DNA from: Nostoc punctiforme PCC 73102
Lineage (GTDB): Bacteria > Cyanobacteriota > Cyanobacteriia > Cyanobacteriales > Nostocaceae
Assembly (NCBI RefSeq): GCF_000020025.1
Contig: NC_010628.1
Span: forward strand, 5,220,001 to 5,252,000
Direction: 5' to 3'
Length of the DNA stretch: 32,000 bases
Shown: positions 1 to 8,839 of the stretch, piece after piece
Layout of the letters: the number at the start of each line of letters is the position of its first letter
How positions within the stretch are numbered: position 1 is the first letter of the stretch
The notes under the pieces: generated by a model
Told to the model about the DNA's origin: nothing
The model's input: the letters and a program-made list of their open reading frames with translations, nothing else
Databases searched by the model: none
Program-made: the position numbers and the translations under genes

Positions 1-1
1 A

Positions 2-1027
2 AATGAACAACAGGTTTTCGATTCCAGTAAAGTAAACGACTGGATGCCAGTGAATCAGTACGTGGGTGGGATTGAACACGCGATTCTACATTTGTTGTAT
101 TCGCGGTTCTTTACTAAAGTACTCCGGGACAGAGGGTTACTGAACTTTGATGAACCTTTCCAACGTCTGTTAACTCAAGGGATGGTACAGGGTTTAACTT
201 ACCTAAATCCCAATAAGGGCGGTAAAGATAAATGGATTCCTTCTAATCTGGTCAATTCTGCTGACCCCCGCGACCCTCAGACAGACGAACCTTTGCAACG
301 TCTCTACGCCACCATGTCTAAATCAAAGGGCAACGGTGTCGCGCCAGAAGATGTAATTTCCAAATATGGTATAGACACAGCAAGGATGTTCATCTTGTTC
401 AAAGCACCACCAGAAAAAGACCTGGAATGGGATGAAGCCGATGTGGAAGGACAATTCCGCTTTTTAAATCGGGTTTGGCGTTTGGTGACGGATTATATTA
501 CTGCTGGGGTATCCCGTAAGAAAGCCCAATCTGATTTAACTAAGGCTGAAAAGGAATTGCGGCGGGCGATTCACACGGCTATTCAAGCGGTGACGGAAGA
601 TGTGGAAGACGAATATCAATTCAACACAGCTATTTCCGAATTGATGAAGTTGAGTAATGCCCTAAGTGATGCTGACAAAAATTCACCAATTTACGCAGAA
701 GGTATTCGGACTTTGGTGATATTAATCGCACCCTTTGCACCACATATTGCTGATGAATTGTGGCATTTGTTGGGTGAAAGTGATTCAATTCACACTCAAA
801 CTTGGCCATCATTTGACCCTGCTGCTTTAGTAGCTGATGAAATCACTTTAGTGATTCAAGTTATGGGTAAAACTCGCGGCGCGATTCAAGTACCAGCACA
901 AGCAGATAAAGCAGCGTTGGAGAAATACGCCCGTGAATCAGAAATTGCCCAGCGTTACATCGAAGGCAAAGAGATTAAAAAGGTAATTGTAGTGCCTGGC
1001 AAGTTAGTGAATTTTGTAGTCAGCTAA
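2..1027 (+). CDS. leuS: Leucyl-tRNA synthetase, C-terminal ~340 aa (5' end outside window)
   Basis: The frame is open from base 2. The translation has the LeuS-typical [22 protein letters not shown] block and a KMSKS-type loop ([10 protein letters not shown]), followed by an anticodon-binding/C-terminal region. Stop at 1025-1027. Confidence 0.95.
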   Translation, partial: NEQQVFDSSKVNDWMPVNQYVGGIEHAILHLLYSRFFTKVLRDRGLLNFDEPFQRLLTQGMVQGLTYLNPNKGGKDKWIPSNLVNSADPRDPQTDEPLQRLYATMSKSKGNGVAPEDVISKYGIDTARMFILFKAPPEKDLEWDEADVEGQFRFLNRVWRLVTDYITAGVSRKKAQSDLTKAEKELRRAIHTAIQAVTEDVEDEYQFNTAISELMKLSNALSDADKNSPIYAEGIRTLVILIAPFAPHIADELWHLLGESDSIHTQTWPSFDPAALVADEITLVIQVMGKTRGAIQVPAQADKAALEKYARESEIAQRYIEGKEIKKVIVVPGKLVNFVVS

Positions 1028-1030
1028 AAG

Positions 1031-1091
1031 TAGAGGGAAGAGATATGCTTAGGACTTATGCACTGAAAACCTAAAATGTCTATTCCCTCTA
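1031..1091. repeat. Small palindromic dispersed-repeat element just after the leuS stop
   Basis: The 9-bp arms TAGAGGGAA (1031-1039) and TTCCCTCTA (1083-1091) flank a core. The core contains TTAGGACTTATGCA (1049-1062), whose exact reverse complement occurs at 15124-15137 inside the MITE-like element. Confidence 0.5.
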
Positions 1092-1570
1092 AGCTACACC
1101 ACTTGCTCAAGACTTCCAAAACGCAGTTTACAGCACGAATAAATGAGGCTGTAATAGCAGAAGAATCGTCGCAAGAAAAACTAATTCGTGTGGTACGTCC
1201 AGTCAGTTAAAAGATTTTAATAGAAGGTAGAAACTTTAAATATTCAATAAGCGTAATTTATGCTCAAAAACTATTTGGGATATTTTGCCACGGGCATTGA
1301 GGCAAAATGTTTTTAGAGTAGTCTGTGCATGAAGTGATAGCGTCCACCAATGTCCTGAGTAAAAGACATTCTGAAAGCAGGCGGATTTCAAAGATATCTA
1401 TAACTATGACAGCAAAGAATAGTACAAAGAAAGAAGTGCTAGATCGTATTTATTAAAGCATTAATACTAAAGCTATCAAGAAGTATTGTAACAGTAGTTT
1501 CTTTTTCTGGTGTATGTGTATTTAAAAACATTTGTATTACCGTTCAAAGAGTTAAATTGTTTTATTTATA

Positions 1571-1610
1571 CACGAAAAAGCGCTTGAGAGTTTTGCTCAC
1601 TCAAGCGCTT
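1571..1610 (-). terminator. Intrinsic terminator read on the minus strand, with no gene assigned
   Basis: An 11-bp perfect stem (AAGCGCTTGAG 1578-1588 / CTCAAGCGCTT 1600-1610) with an 11-nt loop. On the minus strand it is followed by TTTTTCGTG. There is no T-run on the plus strand. Confidence 0.6.
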
Positions 1611-2650
1611 CCCCGTAAAAGCTTATACCAACTCACTTGTTTGATGCAACATTTGAAATCTGCAACACCCCCTTATCAGGGAGTATTGCGGGGATAACTT
1701 GTGACAAACATTTGGTGAAATGGTATCACTCCTTGCACTAACTAAGAATATCTCTTTTACAAGAAAACCGGGGATCTGGTGAGTGACAGTTTATGAACTG
1801 AACACTAGTTAAAAACGACTCACCATGAATGGTAACTAACGAAACTAAGCACAATTGTAGCAAGTTTGTAAGTATAGTATAAAAACTTGTAGTTGATTAG
1901 CGTATGCATAGGCATTGCCTGCCTCTGAGTAAACCTTCAAAATATGTAGCAATTAACAGCATAAATATCTCAAGTTTGGCAGCAAATAAACCGGAAAGTA
2001 TCAGTGAAAAATCGCCATCAAGCAAGCCTGAGATGGCTTATCTACCCGCATGAAAGCGATTTAGACTGCAATAAATCATCACCTTCTCAATAGATAGAGG
2101 TATTCTTTAGAGAATGGTAACCGAAGAACAAATCTTCTACCCAAGCAGATTGAAAACTTTTGGTTGGGTATCTTTTATCTCTTAGCAAACGATGACATCT
2201 AACTCTTGCACATAGTGTAAGCGGTTACTTCCTTTGTTGCAGCAAAACACAGATTTTTCACCGACGATTTCCACGATATTCAAATCGATTTCGCATATTT
2301 CTATCAAAACAACTGAGGCCGATGATGGGGAAGATTTAAGAATTTATAATATCTATGCCTAAAATTATGAGAGCTTAAATGGACGCTTCAGGCTTCGCTA
2401 TTTTAGCTACTCCCCTACTAGCACACGCCTTAACCTGGTGTCTAAGTGTATGGTAAAATTGCCTGGAACAGAGGTTTTATTTGAGTTGGAGTCTCGTATA
2501 AATTGCAAAGGTCAAGCTGACCGATCATTAAACTCCACGATACTTTTCCTATGAATTTGGAAAATATACAACAAGACTGGTGGCGATCTGAGTGTAATTT
2601 GTAGATGAATATCTAGAATTTGCTACCAGACTAAACCAATTTCCCACAAT

Positions 2651-2672
2651 TTTGACTTTTATTTGACTTTTA
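2651..2672 (+). promoter_or_regulatory. Perfect tandem duplication TTTGACTTTTA x2, ending 10 nt before the aminotransferase ATG
   Basis: The two 11-bp units are 2651-2661 and 2662-2672. Each contains a TTGACT (-35-like) hexamer. Function unknown. Confidence 0.3.
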
Positions 2673-2682
2673 GGATAGACAC

Positions 2683-3837
2683 ATGAACGATAAGCTGATG
2701 CTAATGATTCCAGGCCCAACCCCGGTGCCAGAAGCTGCTTTACTGGCATTAGCCAAGCATCCGATTGGACACCGTACCAGTGAATTTAGCAACATTTTGG
2801 CAGAAGTGACGGAAAACCTCAAGTGGTTGCACCAAACTCAAACTGATGTGCTGACACTGAATGTTAGTGGTACGGGTGCTGTAGAAGCTGGAATAATTAA
2901 TTTTCTCTCTCCAGGCGATCGCATTTTAGTTGGCTCTAATGGTAAATTTGGCGAACGCTGGGTAGAAGTTGGCCAAGCCTACGGTTTGAATGTAGAAGAA
3001 GTTAAGGTGGAATGGGGAAAACCCTTAGACCCCGCAGTATTTGCCGAAAAACTCCAAGCAGATACTCAAAAGCAAATTAAAGCTGTAATCATTACCCACA
3101 GTGAAACCTCGACAGGTGTGTTGAATGACCTAGAAAGCATCAACCGCCACGTTAAAGCACACGGTGAAGCTTTGATTATCGTTGATGCCGTCACAAGCTT
3201 GGGTGCATTCAATCTACCCGTGGATGCTTGGGGTTTGGATATCGTCGCCTCCGGTTCTCAAAAAGGTTATATGATTCCGCCGGGATTGGGTTTTGTCTCT
3301 GTCAGCCCCAAGGCTTGGGAAGCTTACAAAACTGCGAAGCTACCAAAATATTATTTGGACTTAGGGAAATATCGCAAAGCCACAGCCAAAAACACAACTC
3401 CATTTACTCCGCCTGTGAACTTGATCGTAGCGCTGCACACCACGTTGCGAATCATGAAAGAGGAAGGATTAGAGTCAATATTTGCTCGACATGAACGGCT
3501 GAAAAATGCTACCCGCGCCGCCATTCAAGGGTTGAATTTACCCCTGTTTGCAGCAGATAGTTCCGCTAGTCCGGCGATTACGGCTGTAGCACCACAGGGA
3601 ATTGAATCGGATAAGATTCGGTCATTGATGAAAAAACGCTTTGATATTGCCCTAGCAGGTGGTCAAGACCATTTGAGTAATAAGATTTTCCGCATTGGTC
3701 ACTTGGGCTTTGTGAGCGATCGCGATATCCTTAGCTGTATAGCATCTTTAGAAGTTACCCTAACAGAACTTGGGTACGAAGATTTCACCCCTGGATCTGG
3801 TATAGCAGCAGCAGTTAAAGTATTTAGTCAGTCCTAA
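2683..3837 (+). CDS. Class-V PLP aminotransferase (alanine-glyoxylate/serine-pyruvate type; historically 'soluble hydrogenase small subunit' in cyanobacteria)
   Basis: A 384-aa ORF. The N-terminal LMIPGPTPVPE and the SGSQKGYMIPPGLG block (PLP-lysine motif SxxK) are typical of the AGAT family. A strong terminator follows. Confidence 0.9.
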   Translation: MNDKLMLMIPGPTPVPEAALLALAKHPIGHRTSEFSNILAEVTENLKWLHQTQTDVLTLNVSGTGAVEAGIINFLSPGDRILVGSNGKFGERWVEVGQAYGLNVEEVKVEWGKPLDPAVFAEKLQADTQKQIKAVIITHSETSTGVLNDLESINRHVKAHGEALIIVDAVTSLGAFNLPVDAWGLDIVASGSQKGYMIPPGLGFVSVSPKAWEAYKTAKLPKYYLDLGKYRKATAKNTTPFTPPVNLIVALHTTLRIMKEEGLESIFARHERLKNATRAAIQGLNLPLFAADSSASPAITAVAPQGIESDKIRSLMKKRFDIALAGGQDHLSNKIFRIGHLGFVSDRDILSCIASLEVTLTELGYEDFTPGSGIAAAVKVFSQS

Positions 3838-3852
3838 TTACTCAGCACTAAA

Positions 3853-3897
3853 CCAAAAGAGCGAGTTAAATTATCAACTCGCTCTTTTGGTTTGTTG
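3853..3897 (+). terminator. Rho-independent terminator of the aminotransferase gene
   Basis: A 15-bp perfect stem (CCAAAAGAGCGAGTT 3853-3867 / AACTCGCTCTTTTGG 3876-3890) with an 8-nt loop, followed by TTTGTTG. Confidence 0.85.
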
Positions 3898-4177
3898 TAT
3901 ATAAATAAGTAGAAACCACCAGAGTTAATAAACCTATATATCAACCTTTGTACAAGGTAGAGTTGATGTGACATACTTTTATTCTCTTAAATGATACCAA
4001 CTTGCCTTAGATAGTATTATTTGCTTCGGAGACAGTCACACAGCTTCTTTGACACCAAACAATACTAATTTTGGCAACTTAGTACGATCCAGGATTTGCA
4101 TAAATAGTATTGTTTGAGATTCCAGTAACAGCCTTTTGATAGAGACTTTTAATCCAAAACCCAAAAATTGGCATAAA

Positions 4178-4369
4178 TTATGCCGTCTCCAGCCAATCAT
4201 AAATTTGTTCTAACTGTTCTAGAGTAATCAAACCATACTGCCAAAGAATCATTGCCAAAGGACCTGGATCTTGCTCCCGATGGCGCAGTGCAACCGCTAG
4301 CGATGCTGTGGAAATTGCCAAATCTTCTTGCAAAAAATGAATCAGTCGAGAATATTTTGATGGTGACAT
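4178..4369 (-). CDS. Small conserved cyanobacterial protein (recalled as DUF2949-type), 63 aa
   Basis: The ORF track gives 102 aa. The internal ATG at 4369 is preceded by GGAGGTGAGATTCA (a strong SD), and the conserved-looking text starts there (MSPSKYSRLIHFLQEDL...DPGPLAMILWQYGLITLEQLEQIYDWLETA). Confidence 0.6.
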   Translation of the reverse strand: MSPSKYSRLIHFLQEDLAISTASLAVALRHREQDPGPLAMILWQYGLITLEQLEQIYDWLETA

Positions 4370-4578
4370 TTGAATCTCACCTCCTTGTGCAGAATGTATT
4401 GTCATATATGAGTTCACCATTGCTCGGTAGCCAGTAACCAGTATTTCATCTGTCACTGTGCCGTTATTGGCTATACACCCCAGCACAGTTTTTTTGATTT
4501 GCCTTTAAGAGAGGCTTGTCATCTGCTCAATTATCAAGCAGCATTTTTACTTAATTCAATGGCTCCATCTTGTTTACT

Positions 4579-4601
4579 TGTGTAATTTATTTAATTACAC
4601 A
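4579..4601. promoter_or_regulatory. 9+5+9 perfect palindrome TGTGTAATT-tattt-AATTACACA
   Basis: Read directly from the sequence. It lies about 210 bp upstream of the DUF2949-like start, in the spacer shared with the 3' end of the DUF192 gene. Candidate dimeric transcription-factor operator. Confidence 0.3.
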
Positions 4602-4876
4602 TGTAGTAATAAAGATTCCATAACCTATACTCTCTTATTGGCGACTATTTACACTTACGCCGAAGGGAATATTTTTGCACCCAAACCTCAAAATCGCGAT
4701 TTCAGGTTGGAGACAGTAGAATTTTACATTATTACCACAGTTTTTAAATAGTAGCGCTACAGATGACTTTTTGCTACAACACGTGACATTTTTTACAAAA
4801 AAAACATAGATTTAGGTAGTATACGCTCTGAACAGAGCAACTATCCAAATCTTCATCCTTGAAAAGTATCTAAGTC

Positions 4877-5383
4877 TCAAAACTCAATTTTGACAATATC
4901 GTCCACTTTCAACTTCAATTCGGCAGCTCTTCCAGAACGAAGTTCAATTACCTTATCGATTGGTGTGTTGGGACCATAAGTGGGACAAGGCTCACTTGCA
5001 CAAGGAGGTGCACCAGCTTGGATATATTTAACTACACCGTTCTGTAAAAATACCATATCCAAGGCTACAGGTACATTTTTCATCCAGAAACTAACTGGTT
5101 GTGGTGAAGCGAACCCAAATAGCATTCCTCGGTCATCTGGCAAAGCTGGTCGATACATCAACCCCATTTGTTGCTGTTGTGGTGTTTTCGCCACTTCTAG
5201 CTGAATAGTTGTGCCATTAGGAAGAATGGCTTTCGCAGAAATTGGTAGTTTTTGACCTAAACTCGCTGGGGCTGGAGTTTTAGAATCAGACGTGGGGGTT
5301 GGAGGTTTAGCCGTTGTTGGCACAGAACAGCCCATCAATAAAACACTCAGCAACATTGAGAATAAACCTAGCCAACGATTCAT
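4877..5383 (-). CDS. DUF192-family secreted lipoprotein
   Basis: Signal peptide with a lipobox (LLMGC). The core GLMYRPALPDDRGMLFGF...FWMKNVPVALDMVFL matches the DUF192 signature. Confidence 0.8.
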   Translation of the reverse strand: MNRWLGLFSMLLSVLLMGCSVPTTAKPPTPTSDSKTPAPASLGQKLPISAKAILPNGTTIQLEVAKTPQQQQMGLMYRPALPDDRGMLFGFASPQPVSFWMKNVPVALDMVFLQNGVVKYIQAGAPPCASEPCPTYGPNTPIDKVIELRSGRAAELKLKVDDIVKIEF

Positions 5384-5549
5384 AATTATTTTTGATTTTG
5401 TAATTTAGATTTCAATTTTACAGAATTTAAGCTAGAAAGCTCACGCTTTTATTTATTTGGTAATACACAGCCGTTTTCAGGCTCAATTAACTAGACAATG
5501 GCTTAAGCTCATTGTCTAAGGTAGGCAAACTTTCGCCATCTCTATTAGA

Positions 5550-6236
5550 TTAGGATTCTCTTAAAACGTACCCTACGCCGCGTACTGTCTGAATTAGGCG
5601 CTTTTGACCTTCATCTTCGATTTTGAGGCGCAGGTAGCGGATGTACACTTCAATGACATTCGACTCACCCAGAAAGTCATAACCCCAAACATTTTCTAAA
5701 ATTTGTTCGCGGGTTAACACCTCACGGGGATGTTCCATTAAAAATTTTAATAGTTCAAATTCCTTCATTGTCAAGTCAATTGCTCGGCCGCCGTGGATAG
5801 CACGGCGACTTGCGATGTCTAAAATAAGATCCCCAAAGCGCAATTGCTCCGTGGTATCCACATCGGGTTTTAAGTAGAGGCGAATTAACTTCAAAAAGTC
5901 TTCTGAGCGGTAAGGTTTGAGGATGTAATCATCCGCCCCTGCTTCTAGACAAGCTACACGATCGTCGACGGTATCCCTTGCCATTAAAATCAACACAGGC
6001 GATCGCATACCAGTGCTTCTCAGATTTTTACACAATGAGAGTCCTGATTCTCCTGCTAGCATCCGGTCTAAAACAATTAAAGCAGGTTGGCGATCGCGAC
6101 AGTATTGCAAACCACTGGTCGCATCATGAGCCAATATTGATTCATAGCCAGCTTCTTGCAAATCGCAAGCAAGCTGATTTGCTAGGCTCTCATCGGTTTC
6201 AATCACCAAAACACAGGGACTTGGAGCAACTGTCAT
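5550..6236 (-). CDS. OmpR-family response regulator (receiver + winged-helix), possibly NblR-like; orphan
   Basis: Receiver motifs are present (LVIETDE, LIVLDRML acceptor Asp, ADDYILKP). The C-terminus has the OmpR/PhoB wHTH ending VRGVGYVL. No histidine kinase is adjacent. Confidence 0.9.
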   Translation of the reverse strand: MTVAPSPCVLVIETDESLANQLACDLQEAGYESILAHDATSGLQYCRDRQPALIVLDRMLAGESGLSLCKNLRSTGMRSPVLILMARDTVDDRVACLEAGADDYILKPYRSEDFLKLIRLYLKPDVDTTEQLRFGDLILDIASRRAIHGGRAIDLTMKEFELLKFLMEHPREVLTREQILENVWGYDFLGESNVIEVYIRYLRLKIEDEGQKRLIQTVRGVGYVLRES

Positions 6237-6240
6237 AACA

Positions 6241-6265
6241 ATTTGGGATATTGGATTTGGGATTG
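6241..6265. repeat. STRR-like heptamer array (TTGGGAT-type)
   Basis: ATTTGGGATATTGGATTTGGGATTG lies directly upstream of the response-regulator start. A roughly complementary array sits at 6517-6546. Confidence 0.6.
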
Positions 6266-6292
6266 TAAAGATTTTCCAGAGAAAATCTTTAC
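6265..6292 (-). other. Perfect 11-bp hairpin in the response-regulator leader/promoter
   Basis: GTAAAGATTTT-ccagag-AAAATCTTTAC, located 29-56 nt upstream of the ATG at 6236. No T-run on either side, so it is not a terminator. Confidence 0.4.
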
Positions 6293-6516
6293 ATAAGTTA
6301 TAAAGTGCAATTACGAGTTTTTAACGATGAAGCAATCCTGATTTGACGCACGGCTAAGAATCTTTTAGCACGTTCAGGTGTCAGCAACCGAATTCTCCGA
6401 TGCAATCTTAATAACTAACTCCAAATACCATCCCTATACCAGTAATTCTGGACGGAAATTAGAGAATGGGGAATGGAAGCAGGGGAAAGAATTTTCTGTT
6501 TGCTCACTCGCTTCTT

Positions 6517-6546
6517 TAACAATTCCCAATTTCCAATTCCCAATCA
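6517..6546. repeat. STRR-like heptamer array (AATTCCC-type), inverted relative to 6241-6265
   Basis: AATTCCCAATTTCCAATTCCCAATCATT abuts the nadK stop codon. Confidence 0.6.
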
Positions 6547-7470
6547 TTACGGTAATTCTACCGAAGTTGGTTTGGCAATATGTGGTAAACCCCAACCTAA
6601 TTTTTCTCGTAAAATTCGGAAAAACTCAGGCGGTTGCAGTCGAATAAATCGCACACTATATTGCGATCGCTCCATATATACTCTATCTTCTGGTAGAACA
6701 TAACACCCTCCATTACCATCCACCACCATTACTAGCCGAGGAATGTTGACTGGATAAATGTTCACCGATTCAGTATCTGGAAATACCAATGCTCTAGAAG
6801 CTAGAGAATGGGGACAAATGGGTACTAGCTGTAAAACAGGTACACCAGGAGTCACCACTGGGCCACCAGCACTCAATGAGTAAGCTGTAGAACCAGTAGG
6901 CGTAGAAACAATCACGCCATCCGCAGCAATATCTACTGGTGCATGACGACCTATGGCAATTTCAAAATGGCACATAGAGGTCAAAGGTTCTCGGTGCAGT
7001 ACCATTTCATTCAAGCAGAGAGCTTCCCACAGTACTGCATCTCCCCGAAATACTTTGACGGTGAGCATGGCTCGTTCTTCAATTTCATACTTACCGTTCA
7101 TTGCCTGTTCTAGTGCTTGGGGCAATTGATTCAGGAAAGTTTCTGTCAAAAATCCCATGTGACCGGTATTCACTGTTAATAGTGGAATACCACAGGGGGC
7201 TACCTGACGAGACGCTGCTAAAACAGTGCCGTCTCCCCCTAACACCACTGCAAACTCCATATCTGAGTCAAAACCAGGGGGCGTTAGACCGTCAATGGGG
7301 GTGTGGCATACAGGACTATCTGGATTAGAGTAGCCCAATATTCCACCGATACTTGATGTGATACACACATCCCAACCGGCTGCGGTTAGCTTGTCTTTCA
7401 ACTCGATAGCGACACGACCCGCTATCGGTTTAACGTCATTGTAGATAATGCCTGCTTTCGGCACACTCAA
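6547..7470 (-). CDS. nadK: NAD(+) kinase
   Basis: A 307-aa ORF with the GGDGT motif ([10 protein letters not shown]), NEMVL, and the [15 protein letters not shown] block typical of PpnK/NadK. Confidence 0.92.
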   Translation of the reverse strand: MSVPKAGIIYNDVKPIAGRVAIELKDKLTAAGWDVCITSSIGGILGYSNPDSPVCHTPIDGLTPPGFDSDMEFAVVLGGDGTVLAASRQVAPCGIPLLTVNTGHMGFLTETFLNQLPQALEQAMNGKYEIEERAMLTVKVFRGDAVLWEALCLNEMVLHREPLTSMCHFEIAIGRHAPVDIAADGVIVSTPTGSTAYSLSAGGPVVTPGVPVLQLVPICPHSLASRALVFPDTESVNIYPVNIPRLVMVVDGNGGCYVLPEDRVYMERSQYSVRFIRLQPPEFFRILREKLGWGLPHIAKPTSVELP

Positions 7471-7594
7471 ATATCCAAGTTTAGGCGATGCTCTGTATTA
7501 TGTAATCCTTACACATTTTTGGTCATGTAGTCATTAATCTAGATTCAAATATCCAGAGTGTAGAGTTTCATGACTAATGTTTCTTCCGTAATTA

Positions 7595-8593
7595 CTATTG
7601 ACTATTGGCTTTTGAAGACTGTTTAAAAGGAGTTTTTTTAGGTTTCTGCTTTTTATTTTTATTTTTCTGGTAGTCTACCTCTTTGAGCTTCTTCATGATC
7701 CGGCTGAAATACTCTTGGAGATAGCTTTCTAGGGTCGTGGTTTGTTGCGGATCTAAGCCAAAAACTGTGTATACTTCATCCATTGAAGCATTTAGCTGTT
7801 TACCACTAGCCAATACTTCTGTAAACGCTAGCCTGTCGGCTACGTTCCATCCCCACTGAAAAGACCGCATTAAGCCCCGCACGGCACGCAGTAAGCTTAT
7901 TGGCATCCGCGTTACCCTGGCATCTTTTCCAGATAAGCGTTCGCACAGGTTGATGATTTCTTCTGCACTCCATGCACGAGTACCAACTACAGGAAAAGCT
8001 TGGTTTTCCGTTTCGGGCACACTCAATGCACGAATTGCAAACTTAGCAATGTCCTGAGTGTCCATATAGGCAATAGGAGAAGAATTACCTGTCACCCAAA
8101 CTGGCTGTCCTTCCAAAATGGGAATCCCATATTGACCGATTAACCCTTGCATAAAACCAGCTAGCCGCAAGATGGTATAATTCAAGCCTGACTCAGCTAA
8201 GAATAGTTCTGTACAACGTTTAATTTCCATTAGCGGTACTTCTGGGTATTTATCCGCATCCAAAATTGAAAAGAAGATAAAGCGCTCTACACCTGCTGCT
8301 TTTGCTGCTTGAATTAATGCTACTTTGCCCTCCCAGTCAACTTGCTTGATACTCAGTGAATCTGTAGGACGAGATGTTGACGCATCAATAACTTGGGTTA
8401 CACCAACTAAAGCTGCCGCTAGTGTATCAGGGTAACGTAAATTTCCTGGTACAAGTTCTGCACCCCATTCTTTGAGAAAAGCTGCTTTTTTACTACTCCG
8501 CACGAGGCAGCGTACTTTATATCCCTCATCGATTGCACGACGAGCCACTTGTCTTCCTAAGGTGCCAGTGGCACCGACGATTAATAATGTCAT
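7595..8593 (-). CDS. ycf39: Ycf39-type NAD(P)-binding NmrA/SDR-like protein (PSII assembly factor homolog)
   Basis: The N-terminal Rossmann motif (LIVGATGTLGRQ) and long stretches match my recollection of Synechocystis Slr0399/Ycf39 (KAAFLKEWGA, RQVDWEGK, LAGFMQGLIGQY, LESYLQEYF). Lys-rich tail. Confidence 0.88.
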   Translation of the reverse strand: MTLLIVGATGTLGRQVARRAIDEGYKVRCLVRSSKKAAFLKEWGAELVPGNLRYPDTLAAALVGVTQVIDASTSRPTDSLSIKQVDWEGKVALIQAAKAAGVERFIFFSILDADKYPEVPLMEIKRCTELFLAESGLNYTILRLAGFMQGLIGQYGIPILEGQPVWVTGNSSPIAYMDTQDIAKFAIRALSVPETENQAFPVVGTRAWSAEEIINLCERLSGKDARVTRMPISLLRAVRGLMRSFQWGWNVADRLAFTEVLASGKQLNASMDEVYTVFGLDPQQTTTLESYLQEYFSRIMKKLKEVDYQKNKNKKQKPKKTPFKQSSKANSQ

Positions 8594-8713
8594 GAGGTTT
8601 GTAATAAATTTTAATGTTTTATGAAAAGAATGTTATCAGAATAACCTATGTAAACAAAAGTTTACATCTTTTCTAAGAAAATCGTTTGTTATGGAAAAAT
8701 TCATGGGAAAATG

Positions 8714-8741
8714 GCTGTCCGGTAAACGGACAAGCTTTTTT
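8714..8741 (+). terminator. Intrinsic terminator with its T-run on the plus strand (possibly bidirectional, serving petM)
   Basis: GCTGTCCG-gtaaa-CGGACAaGC followed by TTTTTT (8636... see note: T-run 8736-8741). It lies about 100 nt downstream of the petM stop on the opposite strand. On the minus strand the stem is followed by CATTTTCCC. Confidence 0.55.
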
Positions 8742-8839
8742 CCCAGTTAGCAAAAAGTATGAACGCCAGTTTGGGGCGAACAGAACCTTTCAAGGCAGAG
8801 GAAAACCCCTTCCATCTCAATAGTCAATTACCGTAGAAG

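Noticed and set aside
630-812. 60-aa minus-strand ORF inside leuS
   Set aside because: It lies fully antisense to a strongly supported gene and has no recognisable motif. This is a typical shadow ORF.
1651-1695. CRISPR-repeat-like string (CTGCAACACCCCCTTATCAGGGAGTATTGCGGGG)
   Set aside because: It is a single copy with no spacer-repeat periodicity anywhere in the window and no cas genes. The resemblance to cyanobacterial repeats is only vague and from memory.
2549-2749. 66-aa minus-strand ORF overlapping the aminotransferase start
   Set aside because: It overlaps the 5' end of a well-supported gene on the opposite strand and has no motif.
3228-3494. 88-aa out-of-frame ORF inside the aminotransferase gene
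   Set aside because: It is an alternative frame of a confidently assigned CDS.
4252-5204. Plus-strand ORFs 4252-4437 and 4980-5204
   Set aside because: They are antisense to the DUF2949-like and DUF192 genes and have low-complexity translations.
5978-6703. ORFs 5978-6238, 6378-6647 and 6473-6703 (+)
   Set aside because: The first is antisense to the response regulator. The other two run through heptamer repeat arrays and into the nadK 3' end, and their translations look like repeat read-through.
7101-7328. 75-aa plus-strand ORF inside nadK
   Set aside because: It is an antisense shadow ORF.
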